From the human T2T-CHM13v2.0 reference genome, Homo sapiens: a DNA stretch of 64,000 nucleotides. The translations under genes were made by a program, and so were the position numbers. Below are positions 58,623-64,000 of the stretch, piece after piece (the stretch's first letter is position 1; each line of letters opens with the position of its first letter). Where the stretch lies: NCBI RefSeq assembly GCF_009914755.1, contig NC_060925.1; one strand, written 5' to 3'. A model generated the notes under the pieces. The model had not been told where the DNA came from, did not search any database, and saw nothing but the letters and a program-made list of their open reading frames with translations.

Positions 58623-59924
58623 ATATATATATATAATATAATATTATATAATATTATATATTATATAATAATATATAATATTATATATTATATAATAATA
58701 TATAATATTATATATTATATATTATAATAATATATATAATATATATTATAAAATAATATATAATATATATTATATAATATATATTATATATTATATAATA
58801 ATATATAATATATATTATATAATATATATAATATATTATTTAATAATATATATTATATAATAATATATAATATATATTATATAATATATATAATATATTA
58901 TTTAATAATATATATTATATAATATAATAATATATATTATATAATATATAATAATATATATAATATATATTATATAATAATATATAATATATATTATATA
59001 ATAATATATAATATATATTATATAATAATATACATTATATTATATAATAATATATATTATATAATATATAATATATATAATATATATTATATAATAATAT
59101 ATAATATATATTATAGAATGATATATTAGATATTATATAATTATATATATAATATTATATATTATATAATAATATATAATATATATTATATAATTATATA
59201 TATAATATTATATAATATATAATAATATATAATATATATTATAATTATATATATAATATTATATATTATATATAATTATATATAATATTATATATTATAT
59301 ATAATTATATATAATATATATTATATATTATTATATATTATATAATATTATATATATAATTATATAATATATATTATATATTATTATATAATATATAATA
59401 TTATATATATAATTATATAATATCTAATATATCATTCTATAATATATATTATATATATATATATTATATAATATATATAATATATATTATATAATATATA
59501 TAATATATATTATATAATTATATATAATATATATTATATAATTATATATAATATATATTATATAATTATATATAATATATATTATATAATTATATATATA
59601 TAATATTATATATATAATATATATATATATAATATATATATATAATATATATTATATATAATTATATAATATATATTATATATATTATATAATTATATAT
59701 AATATATAATTTATATATTATATATATTATATATTATATAATTATATATAATATATAATTTATATAATTATATATATATTATATAATATATAATAACATA
59801 TATATTATATATTATATAATACATATATATTATATATTATATAATACATTATTATATAATAAATATAATATATATTATATAATGCATTATTATATAATAA
59901 ATATTATAATATTATATATATATA
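58623..59924. repeat. ~1.3-kb complex (TA)n/AT-rich repeat expanded from the tail of Alu 58337-58622
   Basis: almost pure A/T; starts immediately after ccatctcaaaaaa. Confidence 0.97.
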
Positions 59925-60154
59925 GGGGTTTAAAAGTCTCTTTTGATGTTGTACTTTCTCTGTCCTGTCCCTTTTCATTTAAGCTGGAGGCAGTTTGACC
60001 AGACCAATTACCTTAAAATGTTGTGGGTTTTCTATGAATCTTGCTGGAGTTTGCTCTGTTAGGCAAAAGCCGCAGCTACAAGTCTCTTCTGGATAAACTT
60101 TTCTCTATTTTGGATTACTTGTGTAACTCTTAAATCTTTCTGAGGTCTTAATAA

Positions 60155-62525
<2,371 letters not shown>

Positions 62526-62526
62526 C

Positions 62527-63171
62527 TATGTTAGGCCATTCTCGCATTGCTATAAAGCAAGCTTGTCCAACCTGGGGCCCGTGGGCTGCAGGCAGCCCAG
62601 GACAGCTCTGAATGTGGCCCAACGTAAATTCATGAACTTCCTTAAAACATTATGAGATTTTTTTTGCGATTTTTTTTTTTTTTTTTAGCTCATCAGCTAT
62701 CGTTAGTGTTAGTGTATTTTATGTGTGGCCCAAGACAATTCTTCTTCTTCCAATGTGGTCCAGGAAAGCCAAAAGATTGGACACCTCTGCAGTGTAAAGG
62801 AATATATGAGGCTGGGTGATTTATAAAGAAAAGAGATTGAATTGGCTCATGGTTCTGCAGGCTGTACAAGGGTGGCACCGGTGTCTGCTTGGTGTTTGGG
62901 GAGCCCTTGGGGAGCTTTTACTCATGGTGGGAGGTAAAGGGGGAGCAGACACTTCACAGAGAAACAGCAGGAGCAAGGTGCGGAGAGGCGCCACTTACTC
63001 TTAAAACAACCAGATCTGGTAAGAACTCACTCACTATCACAAGTAGAGATGGCACCAAGCCACGAGGGATCCCTCCATGGCCCAAACACCTCCCACCAAG
63101 CCTCACCTCCAACACTGGAGATTACATTTCAATATGAGGTTTCGGCAGGGACAAATATCCAAGCTATTTCA
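62527..63171 (-). mobile_element. MST (MaLR) solo LTR
   Basis: tttataaagaaaagaga...ggctcatggttctgcaggctgtacaag...acctccaacactgg signature; near-TSD acacc/acact. Confidence 0.85.
62558..62789. mobile_element. MER30 (hAT-Charlie) inserted in the MST LTR
   Basis: caagcttgtccaacc...tagctcatcagctatcgttagtgttagtg...gccaaaagattggacac MER30 signature. Confidence 0.85.
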
Positions 63172-63178
63172 ACACTTA

Positions 63179-63816
<638 letters not shown>

Positions 63817-64000
63817 TTATTCTATTACTTGTTACTAATAGCATCTCTTATCTCTTTGAAGATATTTATTATGCTTATTTAAAACTTCTGTTGTGTCCAG
63901 TCCATTCATTCTGCTTCCCCTGATATAAACTGCTCAGTTTATTGTCTCCAATTTCTGGCCATTTGCTCCTCAGATGTCTGGTTATTTTCCTGGGGCTGCT

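Overview
Human (primate, Alu-dense) genomic DNA containing the 3' part of UBE4B (ubiquitination factor E4B/UFD2a, a U-box E3/E4 ligase; 1p36 by recognition of the protein) on the + strand. I traced 17 coding exons (444-51005). They splice in frame to 756 codons plus a stop, covering the Ufd2 core and the C-terminal U-box. One intron (49868-50464) is GC-AG. The 3' UTR has four AATAAA signals, and the last ~11.7 kb is repeat-dominated intergenic DNA. Other content: roughly 75 Alu segments (strongly + strand biased, often nested), a degenerate U6 retrocopy, MaLR LTRs, L1/L2/MIR fragments and DNA transposons. Nearly all non-exonic ORFs in the track are Alu translations. I see no new multi-gene system. 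The most notable unexplained structures are a perfect 147-bp-arm AT-rich palindrome (PATRR-like) inside a 1.3-kb TA tract, a 42-bp perfect intronic hairpin, several smaller fold-back palindromes, and a well-formed in-frame 36-nt candidate cassette exon. Repeat family names and boundaries are by eye and approximate.
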